A DNA stretch of 64,000 nucleotides from Thermoplasmata archaeon (GTDB lineage Archaea > Thermoplasmatota > Thermoplasmata > Lutacidiplasmatales > UBA184). The position numbers and the translations under genes were made by a program. Below, one piece after another: positions 8,901-18,055 of the stretch (position 1 is the stretch's first letter; the number at the start of each line of letters is the position of its first letter). The stretch lies in contig JASHOP010000099.1 of the NCBI GenBank assembly GCA_030041075.1, forward strand, positions 3,852-67,851. The letters are read 5' to 3'. The notes beneath the pieces were generated by a model, which made no database searches, was not told where the DNA came from, and was given only the letters and a program-made list of their open reading frames with translations.

Positions 8901-11023
8901 GAGTCGTTGAGGCTGGTGACGTGGGTGGCGAACGCGTCCTCGACATCCCAGAGCGACACCGCTCCGCCGCCGATCTCCAGCCCCAGGTCCGAGTATCCCC
9001 CCCGGAGGGTGAGGTCGTCGAACCGGTCGTCGGACCCGGACCAGACCGCGATCTGGTCGCCCCAGTCCGGCAGGTTGACGACCGGGGCGTTGGCGTCGAG
9101 GATGTAGGAGGTGTTGCCGTTCGGGGAGTCCGGCCCCTGCGAGATGTTGGTGATGTTCAGGGGGGTCGTGACCCCGTTGGCCCAGAGGAGGTCGAACTCG
9201 GGGAACCCGTAGTCGTTCACGTGGTTGAACGTGAGGTTGACATCGATCGTGAGGTTCCCGAACGTGTAGGGAGCGGGGCGGCCGGGCGTGTCCTCGACCA
9301 GGCTCTGGGCCTGGGAGTTCCCGTTCATGTAGATCGGCGCGTTCCACGTGTCACCGGTGGAGCCAAGGTCGATCGGGAAGTCGGCCCGGGAACCGGTGAA
9401 GCTCGTGTTCATCTCCGAGAACCCGTCCGCGAACGCCGTGAGGTTGTAGACCGCCACCCCCCCGATCGAGGGAGGGAGCTGCGTCGCCACCGTCCCGTTC
9501 GGGTCCGAGGGGGCGTAGCTGAGGTTCGCCGCGGGGGTCCCGTTGAGACCGATGAACGCGAAGCCGTAGGTCGGTGCCAGGTGCCCGGTGAAGCTCAGCG
9601 CCCCGGACTGGGCCTGCCGGGACGCGGGGGTGTTCCAGAGGCCGTAGAGCATCGAGGGACCCTGGGTCACGGTCTCCGTCGATCCCGACCACGTGCCCGC
9701 GACGCCGATCGCCGTCTCGCCGGTGTCGGTCCCGTAGTCGTACGCGGACGGCGCCGGCTGCCACACCGAGCCGTTCTGATACGCGAGCGACAGGGATCCC
9801 GATAGCGAAGCGACGACCGCGTTCGACCCATCGCCCGGTCCCCCGAACACCAGCTCGGCGTCCTCCAGGGTCATGTTGTTCGGGGCGAGGCTGCTGCCGT
9901 TGATCTGATAGTCCGGCGTCCGGAGCGGCTCGAGGAGCGTGGGGGTCGAGTGGAACACCACCGAGTCGTAGGTTCCCGAGTAGACGCGCTGGTCCGGTAG
10001 GGCGCCCTCCACGATCGTGTAGCCGAAGCTGACCGTCGACCACCGACCGTCGAGCGTCGAGGCGTCGTTCGAGAGCTCGATTGTCATCGGGTACTCGACC
10101 GGGAACGACGGCCCGTAGTCGTAGTAGAGTTCCCCCGGCACGAGCGTGCCGCCGTACGACAGGAGGGTCCCCGATTCCATGGTCGCGTTGGGACTCGATA
10201 GGTTCCAGACGTTGTCGACCAGCTGGATCGTGCCGCCCGAGAACAGCACGACGTTCTGGGCCCAGAACGCGCCCTGATCCGATCCCGGATACGAGATGTT
10301 CGTCACGACGGTGTTGAGCTGGACGCTCGACTGCCAGGGCGAGGCCGCGGCGTTCGGGCTCGATCCATCGTAGAAGTACGATCCGGTATCCTCGTAGAGG
10401 CTCCCGCCCGAGGCGTTGTAGTCCGAGAGCGTGAGCGTTCCCTCCACGCCCGGGGTGTACACGGTATAGGGCCCGTTCGCGCCGAGACCGAAGTCGCCGA
10501 TCCCCATCGGGGCCGGGGATACGGTGACGACGGGAGACACGGCCTGGCTCGGCGTGGTGACGTGGTCGTCGAGCAGCGTGAGGCTGGGGAGGAAGGCGGC
10601 GGAGGCCGGGAGCTGGCCGTCCGCGATCGATCGCGTCACCGCGGAGACCCAGCCCGGGGTTTCGGGCGATACGAGCGAAGGAGGGCCGGTCGAGAGGCCG
10701 GGGGCCGCGGGATCCGGCGATCGGGCGGCCGTCGCGGCCGAGAGCGACGGGGAGAGCGACGAACCGACGTGGGGTACGGCGCCTCCGAGCGACGCGGCGC
10801 GATCCGGGCCGGATCCGAGGGCCGGTTCCGGAAGGTGGAGGAGGCTCGAGATCCCGCTCGGCTCCGAGGGTGCGTTCGTGGCCGCTACCGTCGCAGACGA
10901 TGAGGGGAGTGCGCCCTCGCGCGCTCCCGGGATGCTTCCCGCGGGAGCGAGCATCAGGGCGCAGACGCCCACGACGATCGCCGCGACGATCGACCGGCTC
11001 CGATCGCGGCGCGCGACCCGCAT
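5936..11023 (-). CDS. Thermopsin (peptidase A5) family surface protein with beta-helix, repeat modules and C-terminal TM anchor
   Basis: Signal peptide; APMGIGDFG, SVQLN, FWAQNV, DNVWNLSS, DAELVFGGPG, DTGET thermopsin motifs; NosD-like repeats ending GNYW; four FxExGLxxGTxW-type repeats; TM helix followed by RSRR. Confidence 0.88.
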   Translation of the reverse strand: MRVARRDRSRSIVAAIVVGVCALMLAPAGSIPGAREGALPSSSATVAATNAPSEPSGISSLLHLPEPALGSGPDRAASLGGAVPHVGSSLSPSLSAATAARSPDPAAPGLSTGPPSLVSPETPGWVSAVTRSIADGQLPASAAFLPSLTLLDDHVTTPSQAVSPVVTVSPAPMGIGDFGLGANGPYTVYTPGVEGTLTLSDYNASGGSLYEDTGSYFYDGSSPNAAASPWQSSVQLNTVVTNISYPGSDQGAFWAQNVVLFSGGTIQLVDNVWNLSSPNATMESGTLLSYGGTLVPGELYYDYGPSFPVEYPMTIELSNDASTLDGRWSTVSFGYTIVEGALPDQRVYSGTYDSVVFHSTPTLLEPLRTPDYQINGSSLAPNNMTLEDAELVFGGPGDGSNAVVASLSGSLSLAYQNGSVWQPAPSAYDYGTDTGETAIGVAGTWSGSTETVTQGPSMLYGLWNTPASRQAQSGALSFTGHLAPTYGFAFIGLNGTPAANLSYAPSDPNGTVATQLPPSIGGVAVYNLTAFADGFSEMNTSFTGSRADFPIDLGSTGDTWNAPIYMNGNSQAQSLVEDTPGRPAPYTFGNLTIDVNLTFNHVNDYGFPEFDLLWANGVTTPLNITNISQGPDSPNGNTSYILDANAPVVNLPDWGDQIAVWSGSDDRFDDLTLRGGYSDLGLEIGGGAVSLWDVEDAFATHVTSLNDSFGIWAADSTGVTVTDSEAFAGGVVLSLLDSSDARATNLSSYSGSADVLEEGGSGGSFVGLNASASSAGLYAFWANDTSLRFVNATDGSLGAELDGGIDGLVADVAATNGSIGVLGDAAIDTEVDDIDSFHGSLYPGVEFVDSSDPTVVDAYANGSSTIGVYLYATGSATVDSLTAVNGSLGLLVNATVGSATVRGVDTSGPETVGVGVVYSSAPVAISDTHATNGSTGTVVEDAREASVSDVAASGANASASAGAVILDSRSVAVANVLASGNLSTGVYVVSSSEVSVDNTTADLGAYGVEVDPSRDVWVNATTATDGSIGVSAVNSTYLWVEGTLADNRSVGVAALSDNWTSANATDADELSLGVAIVDSNYTWVNATTASDLSIGVASESADWLRVDGVTATDPSLKSPWYGLRSSPFGLPIAAVLTELTDQSTVADVNATVYPAGLLDYYSDDLAVESLNATDGDYGILLNGTYESTFSGIVASGDTVGIEMAADASYNLVTESSFVQSAGYGVDIEDGSHNHVYLNDFVGNNGATSVYDASHIQAFSDASTNAFNSSGEIGNYWADWHASTDGVLNPYSVSNGAWDYHPIGSTAGTYVVTFYDAGLASGTSWSVTLSNATFRSTLATVDGWVTFAVAPGTYAFSVAAVTGYAISPSTGSLVVMSGPVDETIDFAALYTVSFTETGLPPATSWAVRLGGEEYSGRVTTIAATVVGGTYAFSIVAPANYSASPSTGSLDISANYDEPIAFSSTYRPPGPVEAVYFNESGLIGPTRWTAVLDGVEESTTLDSLEFNVTAGTYAYQVLPVADYSVSPSSASATVGGSYLVPVTFTLVTYAVTISESGLAPGTAWSAYLNGTFGGSAFSHVVTSSGASMTFSVPNGSWTYSLENVGGYALAHGTGTVLVDGAPAGASVDYTVSTASTHAGPSNLNPDFEIALAIAAVAIGGVVVAVLRSRRAPPPPAAPWSGPAEVPAAGGPPPGSPP

Positions 11024-11280
11024 GCCGCGCTTACACCGGGGGGGTGCCTATAAGGGCTTATCCAAAACGGAGCGGACGTTCGCGGTGGGAACGGCGCCGG
11101 CCGGCGCGGACCCCGCCCGCCTTCCCCGAGTCGCTCGTCCGACTCCCGGTCCCCGTGCGCCTCCCGTCGCCGCATTCTCCTTCGGCGCGCGGAGCGGTGG
11201 CCTCGTGGCACGGGTTCCACCCCGATCGCGGACCGGTCCGGGGCGGCGACCGGATCGCCCGGCCCGTCGTCCTCGCTCGA

Positions 11281-14040
11281 TCAGGTGGCGAACCGGTGGC
11301 CCATCACGAACGGAAGCACGCCCCCGGAGCGGTAGTACTCGAGCTCCGTGGTCGAGTGGATCGCGAGCTCGGTGGCGAACTGCGTCACGCCGCCCTGGGG
11401 GGACGTGGCCGTCACCTCGACCCCGGCCCGCGGTGCGAGACCCGACCCCGGCGTCAGGCGCAGGTCGAACGCTTCCCGGCCCCCGAGCCCGAGCGACCGC
11501 CAGCTGTCGCCGCGACGGAAGGCGAGGGGAAGCACCCCCATCTCGATCAGGTTGGTCCGGTGGATCCGCTCGTAGCTCTCCGCGATCACGGCCCCGACCC
11601 CGAGGAGGCGCGGACCCTTGGCGGCCCAGTCCCGCGAGCTTCCCTGGCCGTAGCTCGACCCCGCGAGGACCAGGAGCGGCACGTGCTCCGCGCGGTAGCG
11701 CTCGGCCGCTGCGAAGATCGTCATCGGCTCGCCGGACGGGAGATGGACGGTGAACCCGCCTTCGCGCGGGGCGGCGAGGGCGTTGCTCAACCGGACGTTG
11801 GCGAACGTCCCGCGGATCATCACCTCGTGGTGACCTCGTCGCGACCCGTAGGTGTTGAACGCGCGGGGGGCGACGCCCCGGCGGAGGAGGTACTCGCCCG
11901 CCGGAGAGTGCTCGGGGATCTCCCCCGCCGGGGAGATGTGGTCGGTCGATACCTTGTCGCCTAGCACGGCGAGCGCCCTCGCGCCCCGCACGAGCTCGTC
12001 CCCCCGCGGGAGGAAAGGCGGGCCCAGGGCCAGGTAGGGCGCCTCCGCCAGGTACGTCGACTCCGTAGACCACGGGTAGCGGACCCCCGTCGGGGCGTGG
12101 AGCTCCTCCCAGTGGGCGTCGCCGACCTCGATCGAGCGGTACTTCGATCGGAACAGGCCCGGGTCGAGGCTCTTCGCCACCAGCCGTGCGACGTCGCCGC
12201 CGTCCGGCCAGAGGTCGCGGAGTCGGACCGGTGCGCCGTCCGGTCCCCGCCCGATCGGGTCGCGCGCTAGGTCGACGTCGATCCTCCCCGCGAGGGCGTA
12301 GGCGACGACGAGCATCGGCGAGGCGAGGTAGTTCGCCCGGACCTGGTTGTGGATCCGAGCCTCGAAGTTCCGGTTGCCGCTCAGGACGGCCGCCACGAAT
12401 AGGTCCCCGGCCTCCACCGACTCCCCCACCCCCGGTCCGAGCGGGCCGGAGTTGCCGATGCACGTGGTACAGCCGTAGCCGACCACGCCGAACCCGAGCG
12501 CGGTCAGCTCGCGGAGAAGTCCCGCCCTCTCGAGATAATCCGTCACGACCTTCGAGCCGGGCGCGAGGGACGTCTTCACGTGCGGGGGCACCGAGAGACC
12601 GAGCTCGCGCGCCCGCTTCGCGAGGAGCCCGGCGCCGACCATCACCGTGGGGTTGGAGGTGTTCGTGCAGCTCGTGATCGCCGCGATCACGACCGAGCCG
12701 TCGCCGACCCCCGGTGCGTCGTGGGCCCGGCCGGCTCCGCGAAGCCGGTCGAGCTCGCCGTCGAACGGGCGGAGCGGGTCGTCCGACGGGTAGGCGGGCG
12801 TTCCGGCCGCCTCCGACGGGCGGGGATGCGCTTCTCGGTACTTGCGGAGGGCCCCCCCGAACGACTTCGGCACGTCGGAGAGCGGCACGCTCTCCTCGGG
12901 ATTCCGGGGACCGGAGACGGTCGGGACGATCGACGCGAGGTCGATCGAAACGACGTCGTCGTAGTCGACCTCGCCGGCGGCCGGCGCCCCCCACCCCCCG
13001 AGCGCGCGGGCGTACGCCTCCACCCGGGCCGCCAGGGCCTCCGGGCGCCCGGTCCCGCGGAGGTAGGCGATCGTCGCCTCGTCGACGGGGAACAGGGCCG
13101 AGGTCGCCCCGTACTCCGGGCACATGTTCGAGACCGTGGCCCGGTCGGGAACCGAGAGCGACTTGATGCCGGATCCGAAGAACTCCACGAACCGGTCGAC
13201 GACGCCCTTCTCGCGCAGGCGACGGGTCACGGTGAGGACCAGGTCCGTAGCGGTGGTCCCCGTCGGCAGCGATCCTACGAGCTCGACGCCGACGACCTCG
13301 GGTCGCGGGAGGAAGTACGGCTCGCCGAGCATGACCGCCTCCGCCTCGATCCCCCCGACGCCCCACCCCAGGACCGACAGTCCGTTCACCATCGTGGTGT
13401 GCGAGTCGGTCCCGATGATCGTGTCCGGGAACGCCTCGGGAGCCCCGGGGTCCCCTCCCAACTGGACGACCGTCGCCAGGTACTCGAGATTGACCTGGTG
13501 GCAGATCCCGTTGCCCGGAGGGACGACCCGCAGGTTCGAGAACGCCGACTTCGCCCATCGCAACAGGCGATAGCGCTCCGCGTTGCGCTCGTACTCCCGG
13601 TCCAGGTTGATCGCGACCGAGCCCGGCGAACCGTAGCTGTCGACCTGGACCGAGTGGTCGACGATCAGGTCGACCGGGACGACCGGATTGATCCGCTCGG
13701 GGGAGACGTGGTGGCGGGCGGCCGCGTCCCGGAGGGTGGCGAGGTCGACGACCACGGGGATCCCCGTGAAGTCCTGGAGGAGCACCCGCTCCGGGTAGAA
13801 CGGGAGCTCGATCGGCCCGGGGGTGCGGTCCCCGTTCGCGAGCGCGACGAGCGAACCCGGGTCGACCGCGCCCTCCCGATAGTGGCGCACGACGTTCTCC
13901 AGGATCAGCTTGAGCGTTCGCGGGCGCCGGGCGAGCCGGGCCGGATCGACCCCGTTCAGGCGGTCGATCCGGCAGACGGTCGCCCGGGTATCGCCCAGCG
14001 CGAGAGACTCGCGGACTCCGAGCGGGTCACGGCGGCTCAT
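11281..14040 (-). CDS. acnA: Aconitate hydratase A
   Basis: LQDFTG, DHSVQVD, GTDSHT, AITSCTNTSNP, GYGCTTCIGNSG, TDHISPAG, YGQGSSRDWAAKG. Confidence 0.97.
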   Translation of the reverse strand: MSRRDPLGVRESLALGDTRATVCRIDRLNGVDPARLARRPRTLKLILENVVRHYREGAVDPGSLVALANGDRTPGPIELPFYPERVLLQDFTGIPVVVDLATLRDAAARHHVSPERINPVVPVDLIVDHSVQVDSYGSPGSVAINLDREYERNAERYRLLRWAKSAFSNLRVVPPGNGICHQVNLEYLATVVQLGGDPGAPEAFPDTIIGTDSHTTMVNGLSVLGWGVGGIEAEAVMLGEPYFLPRPEVVGVELVGSLPTGTTATDLVLTVTRRLREKGVVDRFVEFFGSGIKSLSVPDRATVSNMCPEYGATSALFPVDEATIAYLRGTGRPEALAARVEAYARALGGWGAPAAGEVDYDDVVSIDLASIVPTVSGPRNPEESVPLSDVPKSFGGALRKYREAHPRPSEAAGTPAYPSDDPLRPFDGELDRLRGAGRAHDAPGVGDGSVVIAAITSCTNTSNPTVMVGAGLLAKRARELGLSVPPHVKTSLAPGSKVVTDYLERAGLLRELTALGFGVVGYGCTTCIGNSGPLGPGVGESVEAGDLFVAAVLSGNRNFEARIHNQVRANYLASPMLVVAYALAGRIDVDLARDPIGRGPDGAPVRLRDLWPDGGDVARLVAKSLDPGLFRSKYRSIEVGDAHWEELHAPTGVRYPWSTESTYLAEAPYLALGPPFLPRGDELVRGARALAVLGDKVSTDHISPAGEIPEHSPAGEYLLRRGVAPRAFNTYGSRRGHHEVMIRGTFANVRLSNALAAPREGGFTVHLPSGEPMTIFAAAERYRAEHVPLLVLAGSSYGQGSSRDWAAKGPRLLGVGAVIAESYERIHRTNLIEMGVLPLAFRRGDSWRSLGLGGREAFDLRLTPGSGLAPRAGVEVTATSPQGGVTQFATELAIHSTTELEYYRSGGVLPFVMGHRFAT

Positions 14041-15047
14041 GTCCGGGCGAGGGCGGGCGGCTTCTTGGGCTCTTTGGGCGCCGGCGGCTCCGGGTCTTCC
14101 GTCAGCGGTTCGGCGCGCCGCCAGCTCACCCGCACCGTCTCGTCGAGCGCCGGCGGCGAATCGACGAGCGCCTCCAGGCGCTCTCCGTCGGGTCGTCCGA
14201 GCACCACGACCGATCGACGGCCGGTCGTGCCCCCCGCGACGACCCGGTAGAGCGGTCCGTCCCCGACGTCGAGGAGAACGTCCTCCGGGTGGACGGCGAC
14301 CGGGCCGGCGGGACCCCGGACCACGTTGTAGCCGAGGAACCGGGCCGCCCGGACGGTCCCCGGGTGCCGGTACAACGACTCGGGCGGGGCGGTGCCCGCC
14401 AGCCTCCCCTCGAACAGGAGGGCCACGCGATCCCCCAGGAACAGTCCCTCCTCGCGGTCGTGCGTCACGTGGATCGCCGCCGTACCTGAGGCCCGCAGGG
14501 CGGCGCGGAACTGGGTGCGGAGGTCGGCCTTGATCTCGACGTCCACCGACGCGAACGGCTCGTCGAGGAGGACCACGCGGGGCCGGGCCGCCAGCGTGCG
14601 GGCGAGGGCGACACGCTGCCGTTCGCCGCCCGAGAGCTCGGACGGGTGGCGATCGAGTAGGGGTCCGAGCGACAGGAGGTCCGCGAGCCGGTCGACCTCC
14701 CCCCGGACCTCGTCCTCGGCCCGTCGCTGGAGGAGCGGTGCGTAGGCGACGTTCTCGAACACCGTCCGGTTCGGGAACAACGCGGAGTCTTGGAAGAGGA
14801 GCCCAATCCTACGCCGGTGGGGCGGCGTTCGTCCGAGGTTGACGCCGTCCAGGTGGACGGAGCCGGTGGCCGGCCGCTCGAACCCCGCGATCGCCCGGAG
14901 GAGCGTGGTCTTCCCGGCGCCGTTCGGGCCGAGCAGCGCGAGGACCTCGCCGTCCCCGACCGCGAGGTCGAGGTCGCGGAGCACGGTCCGGCCGTCAAGC
15001 CGCACGGTGAGGCGACGGACCTCGAGGACCGGGGGTCTATCGGGCAC
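14037..15047 (-). CDS. Thiamine ABC transporter ATP-binding subunit
   Basis: GPNGAGKT, LSGGERQR, LLDEP, HVTHD. GTG start at 15047 overlaps the permease stop. Confidence 0.9.
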   Translation of the reverse strand: MPDRPPVLEVRRLTVRLDGRTVLRDLDLAVGDGEVLALLGPNGAGKTTLLRAIAGFERPATGSVHLDGVNLGRTPPHRRRIGLLFQDSALFPNRTVFENVAYAPLLQRRAEDEVRGEVDRLADLLSLGPLLDRHPSELSGGERQRVALARTLAARPRVVLLDEPFASVDVEIKADLRTQFRAALRASGTAAIHVTHDREEGLFLGDRVALLFEGRLAGTAPPESLYRHPGTVRAARFLGYNVVRGPAGPVAVHPEDVLLDVGDGPLYRVVAGGTTGRRSVVVLGRPDGERLEALVDSPPALDETVRVSWRRAEPLTEDPEPPAPKEPKKPPALART

Positions 15048-16689
15048 GGATCCTCCCGGCGAGGGCGATCGCGAGGAAGACGGCGAGACTGACCAGGAGG
15101 AGCAGGGCGGCGGCCCCATCGCTCGCGTCGCTGAACCGGAGCGTCTCGAGCTCGTAGGCCGCGACGCTGAGGGTCGTGTACTGCGTGGTGACGAGGAAGT
15201 TGGTCGCGGTGAACTCGCCGAACCCGATGGCGAAGGCGAAGAGGCCGGCGACCAAGAGCCCGCTGCTCGCGAACGGCAGGTCGGCGTCCCAGAACGCCTG
15301 CCAGCTCGAGGCCCCGAGCGCGCGGGCGGACTCGTTCGCGGTCCGGGGGAGCGCGAACAGGGGGATCTCCAGGCTCTGCACCACGAACGGGAGGGCGAGC
15401 GTCGCCTGGCTGACCGCGATCAGGATCCAGACCATCGTCTCGCCGCCCAGGATCGGCCGCCAGAACTGGGCGAGCGAGAACGCGAGCAGGACCGGGGAGA
15501 TCAGGAGCGGAACGAACAGGTAGGCCGCAAGCGGTCGTCCCAGCCGCGGTCGGCTCCTCAGGGCGACCGCCGCGACGAGGGCGAGCACGAGGGCCACGGA
15601 CGAGGCGAGGAGCGCGAAGCCGAACGTGTTGCCGACGACGCCCAGGACGGAGAGCCCGAGCGCGTCGGCCGTCCGCGGACTGAACAGGTCCGCCCAGGGC
15701 GCCCCGAACCCCTCCCGCCCCCCCGGCACGACCGACCGGTAGAGGACGGCGCCCAGGACGATGACGATCCCCGCCCAGACCGCCGCGCTCACCGCCGCGA
15801 GCGCGATGGCGACCGGACCACCCTCGCGCGTGCGTGGGCGGGTCCGCCGTGCGGGCCACCCGGATCCCGAGAGGCGCCTCGACACGAGGATGTAGGCGAC
15901 CGTCGGCAGGACGAGGAGGAGGACCATCGCCAGCGCGAGCAGGCTCGCCGCGGTCGAGTTCAGTTGGCTGAAGTCGAGCGAATAGACCTGGGCTTCGAGC
16001 GTGTAGCACCTCGGGGAGCCGCAGAGGACGATCGGCGCGGCGAACGCGAGGGCGGAGAAGAGGAACGTGAGCAGGGCCCCGGCGGCCGCTCCGGCGAGCG
16101 ACGGACCGCACCAGACGTCGCGGTAGGCCCGCGCCGGGCTCCCCCCGAGCGCCGCGACGCTCTCCTCGAGCGCGGCCGGGGCGCTCTCGCAGCCCAGCGC
16201 GGTGAACAGCACCACGACGGGGACGTTGAAGACCAGGTTCACGGCGACGATCCCGGGGACCCCGTGCCCGAACCATCCCAGCGATGGCCACGCGGCCGAG
16301 AGCAGCCCCCCGGTCCCGAACAGGTCGACGACGGCCAGGACCACGACCAGGCTCGGCAGGAGGAACGGGACGAGGACGAGCGCGCGCACGATCGACCGGC
16401 CGGGCCAGGCGTAGCGCGCCAGGTAGACCCCGGCGGGATAGCCCAGGGCGAGGGCGACGGCGGCGCTGAGGGCTCCCTGGACGAGCGAGTTGCGCACGGT
16501 CGCGAGGTTGGCCGCCTGGGTCACGACCGACGCGAACCCTCCGAGGCCGCCGCCGCGCTCGAGACCGGTCGCGAACAGGATCGCGACCGGGGCGATCGCG
16601 AACACGAGGACGAAGACGACGATCGGCGCGAGATAGGGAAGGCCGGCCCACCGACCCGACCCGCCTACGCTCCCCCGAGGCTCTCCCAT
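15037..16689 (-). CDS. thiP: Thiamine ABC transporter permease (ThiP-like, duplicated domain)
   Basis: About 12 TM helices and two EAA-type loops (LEESVAALGGS, ESARALGAS). Confidence 0.85.
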   Translation of the reverse strand: MGEPRGSVGGSGRWAGLPYLAPIVVFVLVFAIAPVAILFATGLERGGGLGGFASVVTQAANLATVRNSLVQGALSAAVALALGYPAGVYLARYAWPGRSIVRALVLVPFLLPSLVVVLAVVDLFGTGGLLSAAWPSLGWFGHGVPGIVAVNLVFNVPVVVLFTALGCESAPAALEESVAALGGSPARAYRDVWCGPSLAGAAAGALLTFLFSALAFAAPIVLCGSPRCYTLEAQVYSLDFSQLNSTAASLLALAMVLLLVLPTVAYILVSRRLSGSGWPARRTRPRTREGGPVAIALAAVSAAVWAGIVIVLGAVLYRSVVPGGREGFGAPWADLFSPRTADALGLSVLGVVGNTFGFALLASSVALVLALVAAVALRSRPRLGRPLAAYLFVPLLISPVLLAFSLAQFWRPILGGETMVWILIAVSQATLALPFVVQSLEIPLFALPRTANESARALGASSWQAFWDADLPFASSGLLVAGLFAFAIGFGEFTATNFLVTTQYTTLSVAAYELETLRFSDASDGAAALLLLVSLAVFLAIALAGRIRAR

Positions 16690-17828
16690 GTCGTCTGCCA
16701 TTGGGTCAGGTTCGTCGCGATATCGCTCGGGGTCTCGCCCGCGGTGTACACGTTCAGTGGGGAGATCGACGACGGCGGGATCAGCGGGGCGTAGATCGAT
16801 GGCAGGGGCACCGTATCGTTCGCCGGGTACTCCCACTCGTTCAGCGGGATCTCGGACTGGACGGTCCCGTTGAGGAAGTAGTTGATGAACTCCTGATCGA
16901 GGGCGAGATGGTGGGTGCCGGCGACGATCCCGATCCCGTAGATCGTCTCCCAGCTGTAGAGGGTGCCGTTCCAAAGGCTCACCGTCGTGTTGAAGAAGTC
17001 GCCCTCGCCGTAGTACACCGCGGACGCGGGGTCGGTGGTGTAGCTCACGACCATCGGCTCGGTCCCCCCGACGAAGTCGGTGTTGAACGCCGTGCCCCAG
17101 GTGCCGGCGTCGGTCGCGTACGGGAGCACGTCGTTCCAGAAGTCGGTCCAGTCGTCGTGGAGGACGTGCTCGTAGAACTCCACGGTCCACGCCAAGAACT
17201 CCTCCCCGGTGATGTCGAACATCGGGTCCTCGTAGATCAGGGCCCGCGCCCAGCTCGCGTTGGTCGTGAAGTTCACGAGCGACGAGTTCGCGATCGCGCC
17301 GTCGGTCGCCAGGGCGAACGCGTCCGTGTAATCGATGCCCAGGAAGCCGTACTCGTACGGCGTGACGTAGTGGCCGGGGGAGAGCGCGTCCACGACCGAG
17401 GCGTTGATCGCGGCGAGCTGGGGTGAGGCGTACGGGACCAGGAGACCGAGGTTCTCCGCCTGGGGAGCGGTCAGCTCGTCCAGCCCGATGACGAGGTCGG
17501 CGAGCGGGGAACTCTCCTGGCTCTCCAGCGTCGTGACGAGGGTGCCGCTCGGGCATTCGACCTCGATCGGTATGTCGTGGGCGGCGGAGAAATTCGCGAG
17601 GAGGCCCGCGAGCGGCGGGCCACCGCAGCTGACCGATCCCAGGAGCCCGGGGTAGGTGTAGATGACGAGCGGGGCCGGGCCCAGGTGCGCGGTGTAGTAC
17701 TGGTAGCCCCCGATCGTCGCGACGGTGACCGCGGTGACGATCGCGACGGCGATGACGACGCGCCCCGCCCCCCCGGGCCGTCGGAGCGGGCGAACGGTCG
17801 AAGCGAACCCGCCGATCCGATGGGTCAT
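16665..17828 (-). CDS. thiB: Thiamine ABC transporter substrate-binding protein
   Basis: LVIYTY, ADLVIGLD, VVSYTTDP, QSEIPLNEWEYPA; N-terminal TM anchor; TPP riboswitch upstream. Confidence 0.88.
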   Translation of the reverse strand: MTHRIGGFASTVRPLRRPGGAGRVVIAVAIVTAVTVATIGGYQYYTAHLGPAPLVIYTYPGLLGSVSCGGPPLAGLLANFSAAHDIPIEVECPSGTLVTTLESQESSPLADLVIGLDELTAPQAENLGLLVPYASPQLAAINASVVDALSPGHYVTPYEYGFLGIDYTDAFALATDGAIANSSLVNFTTNASWARALIYEDPMFDITGEEFLAWTVEFYEHVLHDDWTDFWNDVLPYATDAGTWGTAFNTDFVGGTEPMVVSYTTDPASAVYYGEGDFFNTTVSLWNGTLYSWETIYGIGIVAGTHHLALDQEFINYFLNGTVQSEIPLNEWEYPANDTVPLPSIYAPLIPPSSISPLNVYTAGETPSDIATNLTQWQTTWESLGGA

Positions 17829-17867
17829 GCCCTCCGCGCGCCGGCGGATGGCTCGCCTACGAACCGC

Positions 17868-17960
17868 ATCGCGTTCCCTTCGCGGGCATTATCCCGTGCA
17901 GGTTCGTGGGGTCGACGGGCGCTACCCGTCCTCTCAGCCGGTGCACAGCTCCCCCTGCAT
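17868..17960 (-). ncRNA. TPP riboswitch
   Basis: Minus strand reads AGGGGGAGC...GCTGAGAG-[GACGGG/CCCGTC hairpin]-GACCCCACGAACCTGCACGGGATAATGCCCGCGAAGGGAAC. TTTTAT about 25 nt upstream; precedes a thiamine transporter. Confidence 0.93.
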
Positions 17961-18055
17961 CGTGGGCACCGGGCGTCGAGATAAAACGTCTCGTCCGCGC
18001 GACGTGAGGCACGGCTTATACGGGGCCCGCTCCTTAGCGAGGGCGAGGATCGCCC

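Noticed and set aside
5337-9347. Very long Arg/Gly/Pro-rich ORFs, here and throughout the window
   Set aside because: Shadow frames of real genes caused by high GC and scarce stop codons.
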